DNA from: an uncultured Gammaproteobacteria bacterium
Lineage (GTDB): Bacteria > Pseudomonadota > Gammaproteobacteria > GCA-001735895
NCBI GenBank assembly: GCA_937894085.1
Contig: CALCSG010000507.1
Span: 1-58,827, forward strand
Length of the DNA: 58,827 nt
Direction: 5' to 3'
The notes under the pieces were generated by a model that saw only the letters and a program-made list of their open reading frames with translations, ran no database searches and was not told the DNA's origin. Positions 8,713 through 18,082 of the stretch are shown piece after piece; the stretch's first letter is position 1; each line of letters opens with the position of its first letter. Made by a program: the position numbers and the translations under genes.

Positions 8713-10512
8713 GTGACTAAAAATAAAACTAAATTATTGATAATAATCCAGCTAGCCGCCTTCCTTACGATAAGCGGTTGTAAAACGATGTTTACTGAAA
8801 ACGGCTTTACGGCAAAACCGGATACCGCTCTATCTACAGCTGTATCTATTGATAGCCAGACATCAACGCAACCATTGCAAATCGAAAAAATCGCTAATAG
8901 CTCAGATGACAGTATAGCAAATGTAGAGATTAAGCCGACAGAAAACTATCTATCGCAAAACGATCTATCTGATTTCGATGCACAGGCAGCACAGATTCAC
9001 CAGGAATTAATTCAGCTACAGAATAATAATAAGCCGGAAAATCCACCTGTTGATGTTGAGGAAATAGCCCAGCTGGCGGAAATAGCGCTGCAAAATGAAA
9101 CCAATGCCTGGAGTCGCCTGCAATCAGGCATGCAAATGAATCCAGTAATGAATGACAGGGTTCAATCTCAACTTGACTGGTTTCTGGCTCATCCGGAATA
9201 CCTTACCCGGGTAATGCAACGAGCCTCTCCTATTCTTCCCTTTATTCTGGATGTTATTAACGAAAAAAATCTGCCTACAGAGATGGCTCTTTTACCCATC
9301 GTTGAAAGTGCCTATCAGGCATTTGCTTACTCACATGGCCGCGCTTCCGGCATGTGGCAAATCATACCATCTACCGGTAAGCATCTTGGACTAAAACAAA
9401 ACTGGTGGTATGACGGTCGACGCGACATTATTGAATCTACCCATGCTGCCACCGATTATTTGCAAAGCCTTGCTGGACAGTTTGATAATGACTGGGAACT
9501 GGCACTGGCTTCTTACAATGCCGGTCCCGGCAAAATTCGTTCTGCGATCAGGTACAATAAAAAGAAAGGCAGAAAAACAGATTTCTGGCATTTAACCCGT
9601 ATTCGCCCCGAAACTAAAAACTATGTGCCCAAATTATTAGCTCTGAAAGAATTATTTTCCCACCCGGATAAATACGGGCTTGACCTATTGCACATTGAGG
9701 ATGTACAAAGTTATGAAATAGTAGAGCTGGATAGTCAGATCGACCTGGCATTAGCCGCCGACCTGGCCGACATTACCACTAAAGAGCTTTACCAGTTAAA
9801 CCCTGCATTCAACCGTTGGGCTACCGCTCCGAATGGACCTCACCGGTTATTACTGCCTAAGGAGAATACTCAACAATTCAAAGATAACCTGGCCCAACTT
9901 CCAAAAAGCAAGCGCATAAACTGGGTTCGGTACAAGATTAAAAATGGTGACACCCTTAGTCAAATTGCAAAAAAATATCGAACCAGTACGGCTTTAATAA
10001 AAAATGTTAACCAGATTAAAAAAACTAACATTCGTGCTGGTAAATACCTGTTAATTCCAACGGCTACCAAATCTATAAAACAATACACCTTGAGCCAAAA
10101 TTCACGTCTGAATAAGATTAAGAATACTTCACGCCAGGGTCAGAAAATTACCCATATAGTTAAATCCGGTGATAGCCTGTGGAGCATTTCGCAACGCTAT
10201 AATGTAAAAACCCGCTCTCTGGCAAAATGGAATGGCATGGCACCTATCGATACTTTAAGTATCGGTCAGGAGCTGGTCATCTGGAAAACGACAAAAGCCC
10301 AGGCCCAGCACGTCAGTCTGCTTGACACCAGCCCTCAGCATAAAATGCATGCACTTCGATACACGGTACGTAAAGGAGATTCTTTATCACGTATCGCCGA
10401 TAAATTTAATTTACGTGTTGCCGACATAAAAAAATGGAATAAAGTCGGAAAATATATTAAACCCGGTCAAAAACTAAAACTATATGTCGACATCACCCGT
10501 CAATCAGGTTAA
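8713..10512 (+). CDS. mltD: Membrane-bound lytic murein transglycosylase D (SLT + 3 LysM), lipoprotein
   Basis: Lipobox TISGC; LLPIVESAY, ASGMWQIIPST, LALASYNAGPG; three LysM repeats (YKIKNGDTL, HIVKSGDSL, YTVRKGDSL). Confidence 0.93.
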   Translation: MTKNKTKLLIIIQLAAFLTISGCKTMFTENGFTAKPDTALSTAVSIDSQTSTQPLQIEKIANSSDDSIANVEIKPTENYLSQNDLSDFDAQAAQIHQELIQLQNNNKPENPPVDVEEIAQLAEIALQNETNAWSRLQSGMQMNPVMNDRVQSQLDWFLAHPEYLTRVMQRASPILPFILDVINEKNLPTEMALLPIVESAYQAFAYSHGRASGMWQIIPSTGKHLGLKQNWWYDGRRDIIESTHAATDYLQSLAGQFDNDWELALASYNAGPGKIRSAIRYNKKKGRKTDFWHLTRIRPETKNYVPKLLALKELFSHPDKYGLDLLHIEDVQSYEIVELDSQIDLALAADLADITTKELYQLNPAFNRWATAPNGPHRLLLPKENTQQFKDNLAQLPKSKRINWVRYKIKNGDTLSQIAKKYRTSTALIKNVNQIKKTNIRAGKYLLIPTATKSIKQYTLSQNSRLNKIKNTSRQGQKITHIVKSGDSLWSISQRYNVKTRSLAKWNGMAPIDTLSIGQELVIWKTTKAQAQHVSLLDTSPQHKMHALRYTVRKGDSLSRIADKFNLRVADIKKWNKVGKYIKPGQKLKLYVDITRQSG

Positions 10513-10626
10513 TTTCAATTTTACCAACCCGCTCACATTAAAAACATTGAGACCTATTGATTTCTCCGCTTAACGGTTACAAAATAGGTTTTCAGATACA
10601 GCTGTCGTAGGAAAAGCTTACTCACC

Positions 10627-11685
10627 ATGCCAACAGAAATTGATCCAAACGCCATAAAAGAACTGTCACCGATCAATTCATTAAATCATGAGAACGTTCA
10701 GGATTTAATAAAAAAAATAAAACTGGAAACAATTAACCCCGGTCATTACCTGTTTAAAAAAGGCGATATGGACAAGGCTCATGTTTACGTCATGAAAGGT
10801 ACCATTGAACTTGTTTTAAACAAAAAAATCATCAAAACAATTACTGGCGGCTCGGAAGACAGTAAACACCCGATAGCTCATTCCTTTCCGCGTACAGTTT
10901 CTGCAAGAGCTAAAACAGCCACCTCTATAATCCGCGTCAATAGTGACATGCTTGATATTATGCTTACCTGGGATCAAACGGGTAGCTACTCTGTAGAATC
11001 ACTCGAAGAGTCGGATAATGATGATTCCACTGACTGGATGACACGCATTTTACAAACCCGCGCTTTTCATAGAATACCCCCTGCTAACATTCAGGCGATG
11101 TTTATGCGCATGGAGACTGCACACTATAAACCGGGTGATATTGTCATCAACCAGGACGACACGGGCGACTACTTCTATATTATCAAAGAAGGCCGCTGCA
11201 TGGTTACCCGTTCTACTCCTGCAAACCCCAAAGGAGTGAAACTGGCAACTTTATCGGTAGGTGACAGCTTTGGAGAAGAGGCATTAATTTCTGAAAGTAA
11301 ACGAAATGCAACTGTTACCATGCTGACTGAAGGTAATCTAATGCGCCTGAATAAGGATGACTTTAATTCATTATTGAATGAACCCTTACTCAACTGGGCA
11401 GACTATGCAGAAGCAAAAAAGGTTATTGATGAGGGTGGCTTATGGCTCGATGTCAGGTTACCGGCTGAGTATAAAGCCAAACGCATTAAAAACAGCATCA
11501 ACATTCCACTTATTTTTTTACGCATGAAGGCGAACTCACTGGATAGCAGCAAAAAATATGTGATCTATTGTGATACTGGAAGACGTAGTTCTGCAGCTTC
11601 ATTCCTGTTGAATGAAAGAGACATTACTTCTTATGTGTTAACAGGTGGAGTCGATAACGCCGCACCAGATGATATCGAAGAATAA
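10627..11685 (+). CDS. Tandem cyclic-nucleotide-binding domains fused to a C-terminal rhodanese domain
   Basis: CNB-A (LFKKGD...HSFPRTVSA, degenerate), CNB-B (GDYFYIIKEG...GDSFGEEAL...KRNATV, canonical), rhodanese (LDVR..EY...I..SINIP...YCDTGRRS). Confidence 0.85.
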   Translation: MPTEIDPNAIKELSPINSLNHENVQDLIKKIKLETINPGHYLFKKGDMDKAHVYVMKGTIELVLNKKIIKTITGGSEDSKHPIAHSFPRTVSARAKTATSIIRVNSDMLDIMLTWDQTGSYSVESLEESDNDDSTDWMTRILQTRAFHRIPPANIQAMFMRMETAHYKPGDIVINQDDTGDYFYIIKEGRCMVTRSTPANPKGVKLATLSVGDSFGEEALISESKRNATVTMLTEGNLMRLNKDDFNSLLNEPLLNWADYAEAKKVIDEGGLWLDVRLPAEYKAKRIKNSINIPLIFLRMKANSLDSSKKYVIYCDTGRRSSAASFLLNERDITSYVLTGGVDNAAPDDIEE

Positions 11686-11779
11686 TAGAATCAAATATAA
11701 ATTGAGAACCACCCTTAACCACACTGATCACTGATAAACCCGGCACCTTCAGCATTACCAGAAGTTAAGAATTCAGGTA

Positions 11780-13387
11780 TTAATTCAGGTAAGCCATCTC
11801 AGAAATTTCGTTTGCAGTATCTATCTGTTCCGGATCAAGAAATTCTTCTGCATATTGCAGATAAACCTTTTCACCTACAAAAATATCGTATATATCAGGG
11901 TCGATATGATTATCCTGTTTCATAAAACTCATGATTTTCAGACACTCTGAAAGCTTTTTGCCTTTTTTATAAGGCCGATCAGAAGCCGTTAAAGCTTCAA
12001 AAATATCAGCAATAGCCATTATTCTTGTCTGAATAGACATTTCATCTTTGCGTAATCCCTTTGGATAACCGGTACCATCCATTTTCTCATGATGACCACC
12101 AGCATATTCAGGTACATTTTTTAAATGTTTAGGAAATGGCAGTGATTCAAGCATATTGATTGTGGCAACAATATGATGATTAATAACTTCTCGCTCTGCC
12201 TCATTTAGTGTCCCTTTACGAATTTTTAAATTCAATAATTCATCTTCACTCAGTAGCGATACCGTCTCACCTTTCATATTAATCCACTGTAGCTGCGCAA
12301 TCGAATTGACGCGATCAATATACTCATCCGTCATGAACTCTCCGCCCACGTTTGTCCTTTGTAGAAATTCGAAATCAAGTTTTAATTGATCGCATTGTTC
12401 ATTATAGCGAGTCGTCAAACCCTCAATTGATAGTCCCTGCTGCTGATAACTTTTACAGTTTTTTAAATATTCAATTTCCTTATCCCTTAATAAAATCTCA
12501 ATCTTATGTTCAATTATATGTATTCGATCAAATATTGTTTCCAGCTTTGTTGACTTATCCATCACATATTCGGGAGTCACAACCTTACCGCAATCATGTA
12601 ACCAGGCTGCGGTCTCCAGTTCATAACGATCTTTATCAGAAATGTGAAATGTTTGCAGTGGACCGGCATTCACCTTATTAACTGCCTCGGCCAACATCAT
12701 CGTCAATACAGGAATACGACGACAATGCCCTCCGGTATAAGGTGATTTATCATCGATCGCACTCGCAATCATTTTAATAAATGCTTCAAAAAGTTCCTGC
12801 AATTCATTTAACAGGCGTTTTTGAGTTAACGCTACTGCCGCCTGTGAAGCAAGTGATTCAGCTAACTGCTGATCGACTTCAGTGAAGCTGATTACGGAAC
12901 CAGTCTCAGGATCTTTAGCATTGATCAATTGCAAGACACCAATAATCTCACGCTCATGGTCTTTCAGCGGAAAAGTAAGAATAGATTGAGTTTTATATCC
13001 GGTAGAACTATCAAACTGTCGGGCACCGGTAAAATCATACCCATCTTCGTTATAGGCATCTTCAATATTGATGGTTTGCCCGGTTAATACACAATGACTG
13101 ACAACCATATGATGATTTTCACTGCCATCGTCAAGATAAAGCGGTAAAGCATCGAATTCTATTTTATTACCGGAAGTCCCTCCCATTTGTATCGATAACG
13201 AATCGTTTGAAATAATTTCAAATGATAGTGAATTTTGTTTGACAAAATATAGGGTTCCGCCGTCCGCATGGGTAAGAGCTTTTGCTCCCATCATAATTAA
13301 TTCAAGCAGTTTACCCGTGTCTTTCTCGGCAGATAAAGCTATACCAATTTCAGTCAGCCGATCAATTCTTTCCAGTAATTCATTCAT
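11780..13387 (-). CDS. GAF + HD-GYP cyclic-dinucleotide phosphodiesterase
   Basis: N-terminal GAF (ADGGTLY...GVLQLIN); YTGGHC, LHDCGK, HHEKMDGTGYPKGL, IADIFEALTASDRPYK. Confidence 0.88.
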   Translation of the reverse strand: MNELLERIDRLTEIGIALSAEKDTGKLLELIMMGAKALTHADGGTLYFVKQNSLSFEIISNDSLSIQMGGTSGNKIEFDALPLYLDDGSENHHMVVSHCVLTGQTINIEDAYNEDGYDFTGARQFDSSTGYKTQSILTFPLKDHEREIIGVLQLINAKDPETGSVISFTEVDQQLAESLASQAAVALTQKRLLNELQELFEAFIKMIASAIDDKSPYTGGHCRRIPVLTMMLAEAVNKVNAGPLQTFHISDKDRYELETAAWLHDCGKVVTPEYVMDKSTKLETIFDRIHIIEHKIEILLRDKEIEYLKNCKSYQQQGLSIEGLTTRYNEQCDQLKLDFEFLQRTNVGGEFMTDEYIDRVNSIAQLQWINMKGETVSLLSEDELLNLKIRKGTLNEAEREVINHHIVATINMLESLPFPKHLKNVPEYAGGHHEKMDGTGYPKGLRKDEMSIQTRIMAIADIFEALTASDRPYKKGKKLSECLKIMSFMKQDNHIDPDIYDIFVGEKVYLQYAEEFLDPEQIDTANEISEMAYLN

Positions 13388-13640
13388 ATAAAAGGCTAGT
13401 ACAGTTGAGCACTTAAACTAATAGTCCCGGTTTATGTTAAACATAAAGTGTAGTTCAACAATTACATTTATACTGTAGAATGAAGAATCTTATTAAAATT
13501 TTAAGCTACCTGTGTCACAAAACTTGATAACTATAAATATAAATCAAATTTATAATGTATTTAAGCTGGAAAAATTGCCGTTTCCTACCTATTATCCTTA
13601 CTCTTTATATAAATAATAAATACCTTAATGTGGAGAGGGC

Positions 13641-16274
13641 ATGAAATCCCATTTCTGGAGTACCGACTGGTTTATCGGTTTAATCATAACCATAATTATC
13701 ATACTGTCTTCAGGATCCAATCAATTACAAAGTCTTGAGCGTGAAGCTTATGACTGGGGTGTAAGATCAACTGAGCGTTTTCCTTCTGAAAAAATAGCTG
13801 TCATTGCTATTGATGATGTCAGTATTGCTAATATTGGCCGATGGCCCTGGCCTCGAGATCTGCATGCAGATATGATTAAGCAACTTGCAGAAGGTGGCGC
13901 CAAGGTCATAGGTCAAACTGTTTTTTTTCTTGAACCACAAACTGATCCCGGGATGGTTTATATCCGGGAATTAGTAAATTTTTTCTCAAATGCCAGCTTC
14001 AATGATATACCTGCAGACATAGATACTTTATCTACTCTCATTGAATCCGATAAGAAACACCGTGCAACAGCTGACCTTTTACAATTTTTTCTGCAGACCA
14101 ATCTACATACACGATTAAATCAGGATCTGGACACACTCAAATCAAGACTATTTGCAGCAGAGCAGGCACTGGATACCGATAGCAAACTGGCAGACAGTAT
14201 GTCCAGAGCAAAAAATGTCGTGCTTGCCATGCCTTTCATTCTGGGTACACCGCGTGGTAAACCGGATCAGCAATTACCAAACTATATTTTAAAAAATGCC
14301 TTATCGACAATTCACGACAGGGTTCAGGCACAGGCTCAGGGGCTTTACCCCATTACCTCGATTGACGCCATAGTCCCCATTCCTAAACTTGGTGCTGTAG
14401 CTTCTGCTATCGGACATTTAAATATAATACCTGATGTTGATGGTGCTATCCGTTCTGAAGCTCTGGTAATCAAGCATTATGATCGCTTCTACCCGTCGCT
14501 GGCCTTGCAACTGGCCGCGAAAAGCCTCAACTTGAGTAACTCTGATATAAAAGTAAATCTGGCTGAAAGTGTGGAGTTAGGCTCACTCAAAATTAAAACC
14601 GATAGCCAGCTTATGATGAACACCTTTTATTACTCCGATATCGAAGGGTTTCCTGCATTCCAGGTAGATTCATTTTACGATGTCTACTCGGGTAAAATTC
14701 CCATAGAAAAGTACCAGGGTAAAATAGTTATCATTGGTGCTACTGCCGTCGGCGTGGGTACCAACCAGGTAACGCCTATTGATTCTGCCATGCCTCCTGC
14801 ATTATCACTTGCCCACTCTGTTTCCAGTATTTTAAATGAAGACTTTTTCATCAATCCTGAGTGGGGTATCTGGGTAAGACTCGGTGCCTTCCTGTTTGTA
14901 GCTATTTACCTGATGCTCATCATGCCACGTTTAAAAGCAGGTGTTGCTGCCGCTCTGACTCTGCTTATTCTGGTTGGCTTACTGGCAAGTCATTTCATCC
15001 TGATGACATCAAACACCATGTGGATTCAACTCATGGGACCGGCAGCCCTGCTTGTCATAGGGCACCTGTTGATAACCACTAAACGATTTCTTGCCACCGA
15101 ACGCGGTAAAATTAAATCAGACGAAGAATCCTCAGAAAGCAACAGAATGCTCGGCATAGCCTTTCAGTCACAGGGTCAGCTCGATATGGCCTTTGAGAAA
15201 TTCAGAAAATGCCCGCTGGATGATTCAGTTATGGAAGCCATGTATAACCTGGCACTCGATTTCGAACGAAAACGCCAGTTCAATAAGGCGACCAGTGTCT
15301 ACCAGTATATGTCAAAACACGACACTCAGTTTCGTGATATCAAAGTTCGTATGGATCGCGCACAGCAGATGGAAGAAACCGTTATGTTTGGTGGTAGTGG
15401 CGGACACGCTGGTGGAACCTTACTACTCGATGGTAACAACATAGAAAAACCCATGCTGGGACGTTATCAAGTTGAAAAAGAGCTGGGCAAAGGTGCGATG
15501 GGCATAGTTTATCTGGGTAAAGATCCTAAAATTAGCAGGGTTGTTGCCATTAAAACAATGGCTTTAGCGCAGGAATTTGAACAGGATGAACTGGAAGAAG
15601 TAAAACAACGATTCTTCCGCGAAGCAGAGACTGCCGGACGTTTAAGCCACCCGAATATCGTCACCATCTTTGATGCCGGTGAAGAACATGACCTTGCCTA
15701 TATTGCGATGGAATTTCTGAAAGGCTCTGATCTGGCTCCACATACTAAAAAAGATAACCTGCTGGACATGAAAACAGTCGTCAGTATCGTCATACGTTCT
15801 GCGGAAGGCCTTGCATTTGCACACGCACAAAACGTTGTGCACAGAGATATCAAACCTGCTAATTTAATGTATGAACCAGAATCAGATAGTTTAAAGATTA
15901 CCGATTTTGGTATCGCGCGCATAACTGATTCAAGCAAGACAAAGACCGGCATGGTCCTTGGCACACCGTCATACATGTCTCCAGAACAGTTAGCAGGAAA
16001 AAAAGTAGATGGCCGTTCTGATTTATTTTCACTAGGCGTCATGTTGTATCAGTTACTTTGCGGTTCCCTGCCCTTCAAGGCAGAATCAATGGCCAGCCTA
16101 ATGTTCAAAATAACCAATGATGAGGCTCCTGACATCCTTACTTATAGACAGGACATACCGCAATGCCTGATCCCAATTATTAATAAAACGCTCATAAAGG
16201 ACGCTGATAAGCGCTACCAGACTGGAACGGATTTAGCCAATGACTTAAAACTTTGCCTTATGAAAATGCAGTAA
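13641..16274 (+). CDS. CHASE2-sensor membrane Ser/Thr protein kinase (CHASE2 - 3 TM - TPR-like - Hanks kinase)
   Basis: CHASE2 motifs (IDDVSIANIGRWPWPR, PDVDGAIR); three hydrophobic helices; LGKGAMGIVY, VAIK, HRDIKPAN, DFGIAR, GTPSYMSPEQ. Confidence 0.92.
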   Translation: MKSHFWSTDWFIGLIITIIIILSSGSNQLQSLEREAYDWGVRSTERFPSEKIAVIAIDDVSIANIGRWPWPRDLHADMIKQLAEGGAKVIGQTVFFLEPQTDPGMVYIRELVNFFSNASFNDIPADIDTLSTLIESDKKHRATADLLQFFLQTNLHTRLNQDLDTLKSRLFAAEQALDTDSKLADSMSRAKNVVLAMPFILGTPRGKPDQQLPNYILKNALSTIHDRVQAQAQGLYPITSIDAIVPIPKLGAVASAIGHLNIIPDVDGAIRSEALVIKHYDRFYPSLALQLAAKSLNLSNSDIKVNLAESVELGSLKIKTDSQLMMNTFYYSDIEGFPAFQVDSFYDVYSGKIPIEKYQGKIVIIGATAVGVGTNQVTPIDSAMPPALSLAHSVSSILNEDFFINPEWGIWVRLGAFLFVAIYLMLIMPRLKAGVAAALTLLILVGLLASHFILMTSNTMWIQLMGPAALLVIGHLLITTKRFLATERGKIKSDEESSESNRMLGIAFQSQGQLDMAFEKFRKCPLDDSVMEAMYNLALDFERKRQFNKATSVYQYMSKHDTQFRDIKVRMDRAQQMEETVMFGGSGGHAGGTLLLDGNNIEKPMLGRYQVEKELGKGAMGIVYLGKDPKISRVVAIKTMALAQEFEQDELEEVKQRFFREAETAGRLSHPNIVTIFDAGEEHDLAYIAMEFLKGSDLAPHTKKDNLLDMKTVVSIVIRSAEGLAFAHAQNVVHRDIKPANLMYEPESDSLKITDFGIARITDSSKTKTGMVLGTPSYMSPEQLAGKKVDGRSDLFSLGVMLYQLLCGSLPFKAESMASLMFKITNDEAPDILTYRQDIPQCLIPIINKTLIKDADKRYQTGTDLANDLKLCLMKMQ

Positions 16275-16346
16275 AATCATGATTCATTATTATCCTTTAA
16301 AAACTATCTTTTTCCGAATGCAAATTTTATCTGTGCGAGAGCGGAC

Positions 16347-17168
16347 ATGAACCTGCAGGGCAAGATACAGATTGTCGGAAAAACTGATACCGGAAGGGTT
16401 CGACAAAATAACGAAGACTGTATTGGTTTTGACAGTGCATTAGGGCTACTTGTTTTAGCAGATGGCATGGGGGGACACCTCGGAGGTGAAGTTGCAAGCT
16501 CACTCACTGTCGATAGCATCATTAAATCTTCTCAGAATCACCTGCCCTCTATCAAGGCCGGTCAAATTGACTCTGAAACAGGTTTTTCACTTGAATCCAT
16601 CTGTATTCAGGAAGCCGTTGAGCTGGCAAATGACCTCGTTTATCGTAAATCAACTGAACAGCTTGAACTTCGTGGCATGGGCACCACATTAGTGGCGATG
16701 GTATTTTACGATAATCGATTTTCTCTGGCGCATATTGGTGATTCACGGTGTTATCGCTTTAGAAATAACAATTTAGACCAGATTACCAAGGACCATTCAC
16801 TGTTGCAGGAACTGGTGGATCGTGGTTTTTACACGCCCGAAGAAGCCAAGAAATCGCTCAATAAAAACCTGGTAACCAAGGCATTAGGCATAGACCCCAC
16901 AACAACACCGGATGTTCAGGAAGATTTAGCCATGAAAAATGATATCTACCTGCTATGCTCTGATGGATTAACAGATTTAGTAGAAGATGAATATATAAGC
17001 TTAACTATTCAGAGATTTAGTGATAATCTAGAAGAAGCTGCCAAGCAATTGATTACAAAGGCAAACCAGAATGGTGGAAAGGATAATATTTCTGTTATTC
17101 TGTGCCGAATAATTGAAGATTTTTCGGAATCTCCGGGCTGGTTCAAAAAATTAATTGAATGGTTTTAA
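16347..17168 (+). CDS. PP2C/Stp1-family Ser/Thr protein phosphatase
   Basis: TDTGRVRQNNED, ADGMGGH, MGTT, HIGDSR, LCSDGL, GGKDNIS. Confidence 0.92.
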   Translation: MNLQGKIQIVGKTDTGRVRQNNEDCIGFDSALGLLVLADGMGGHLGGEVASSLTVDSIIKSSQNHLPSIKAGQIDSETGFSLESICIQEAVELANDLVYRKSTEQLELRGMGTTLVAMVFYDNRFSLAHIGDSRCYRFRNNNLDQITKDHSLLQELVDRGFYTPEEAKKSLNKNLVTKALGIDPTTTPDVQEDLAMKNDIYLLCSDGLTDLVEDEYISLTIQRFSDNLEEAAKQLITKANQNGGKDNISVILCRIIEDFSESPGWFKKLIEWF

Positions 17169-17256
17169 ATGGATTACAGTGAAAGCTTTATCACTGAATA
17201 TGAAACATTTTAAGTTTTCTCAGAAGCAATAACTTAACACGAGGCTGGACATAGAC

Positions 17257-17979
17257 ATGGTCGCAAAATTGGTAATGACATCAAACTCAGGGGAACACGA
17301 AGAAATCCCTCTTACCAAGGAAACTACAACCATTGGGCGTAAACCTAGTAATGACATTCATATTGATAATTTATCTGTGAGCGGTAATCATGCGCAGGTT
17401 ATTACTATTCTTGAAGATTCTTTCCTCGAAGATTTGGGCAGCACCAATGGAACGTATGTTAATGGAAAATTAATCAAGAAACATGCTCTGGAACACGGTG
17501 ACAAAATCACTCTGGGCAAATACCAGATATCCTATGAAAGCAGCTCCGGTGGTTCAGATCAGGATTTTGAACAAACCATGATTATCCGTCCAGGTGAAGC
17601 CGGTATGCCGGAAGAAGCAGGTAGTAAGGAAATAGATAAGTCAGTACAAAAAATATCAGCTGCTATCGCCTCTGAAACTGCTTCTACTAACAGATCTGCT
17701 ACTGAGGATAAGACAGCCTGCTTACAACTATTAAGCGGAGCTAATGCCGGCAAAGAGCTTGTGCTTAAAAAAGCACTGACCACTATTGGACAACCCGGAG
17801 TTCAGGTAGCAGCTATCACAAGACGGCCACAGGGCTTCTTTTTAATTCACGTCGATGGAGGCCCGGACAATAACGTGCCTAAAGTAGCAGGTAGCCCTAT
17901 TGGATCGAATGCCCATCAGTTAAATGACCATGACATCATTGAAGTTGCCGGTGTCAAAATGGAGTTTTATACCAAATAA
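17257..17979 (+). CDS. FHA-domain protein (canonical N-terminal FHA plus degenerate C-terminal FHA-like domain)
   Basis: TIGRKPSND...SVSGNHA...DLGSTNGTYVNG; the second region LLSGANAGKELVL...TIG...LNDHDIIEVAG lacks the GR/SxxH residues. Confidence 0.85.
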   Translation: MVAKLVMTSNSGEHEEIPLTKETTTIGRKPSNDIHIDNLSVSGNHAQVITILEDSFLEDLGSTNGTYVNGKLIKKHALEHGDKITLGKYQISYESSSGGSDQDFEQTMIIRPGEAGMPEEAGSKEIDKSVQKISAAIASETASTNRSATEDKTACLQLLSGANAGKELVLKKALTTIGQPGVQVAAITRRPQGFFLIHVDGGPDNNVPKVAGSPIGSNAHQLNDHDIIEVAGVKMEFYTK

Positions 17980-17985
17980 ACAGGC

Positions 17986-18036
17986 TAGAGTGTCACTCTA
18001 AATAAAGTCTCTAAAGTTGAATTTAGCGACTTTATT
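17986..18036. other. Palindrome plus hairpin between the FHA and cyclase genes
   Basis: TAGAGTG-T-CACTCTA (17986-18000), followed directly by AATAAAGTC.CTAAA-loop-TTTAG.GACTTTATT (18001-18036). Confidence 0.4.
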
Positions 18037-18082
18037 GCAAGTGTTACCGGCTTCAGTATCCCAATAAACTGAGGAGAACTCT

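Noticed and set aside
13641-17979. T6SS PpkA-PppA-Fha regulatory triad
   Set aside because: No tss/hcp/vgrG/clpV/tag genes in the window; the kinase has an N-terminal CHASE2 with a C-terminal kinase, unlike PpkA.
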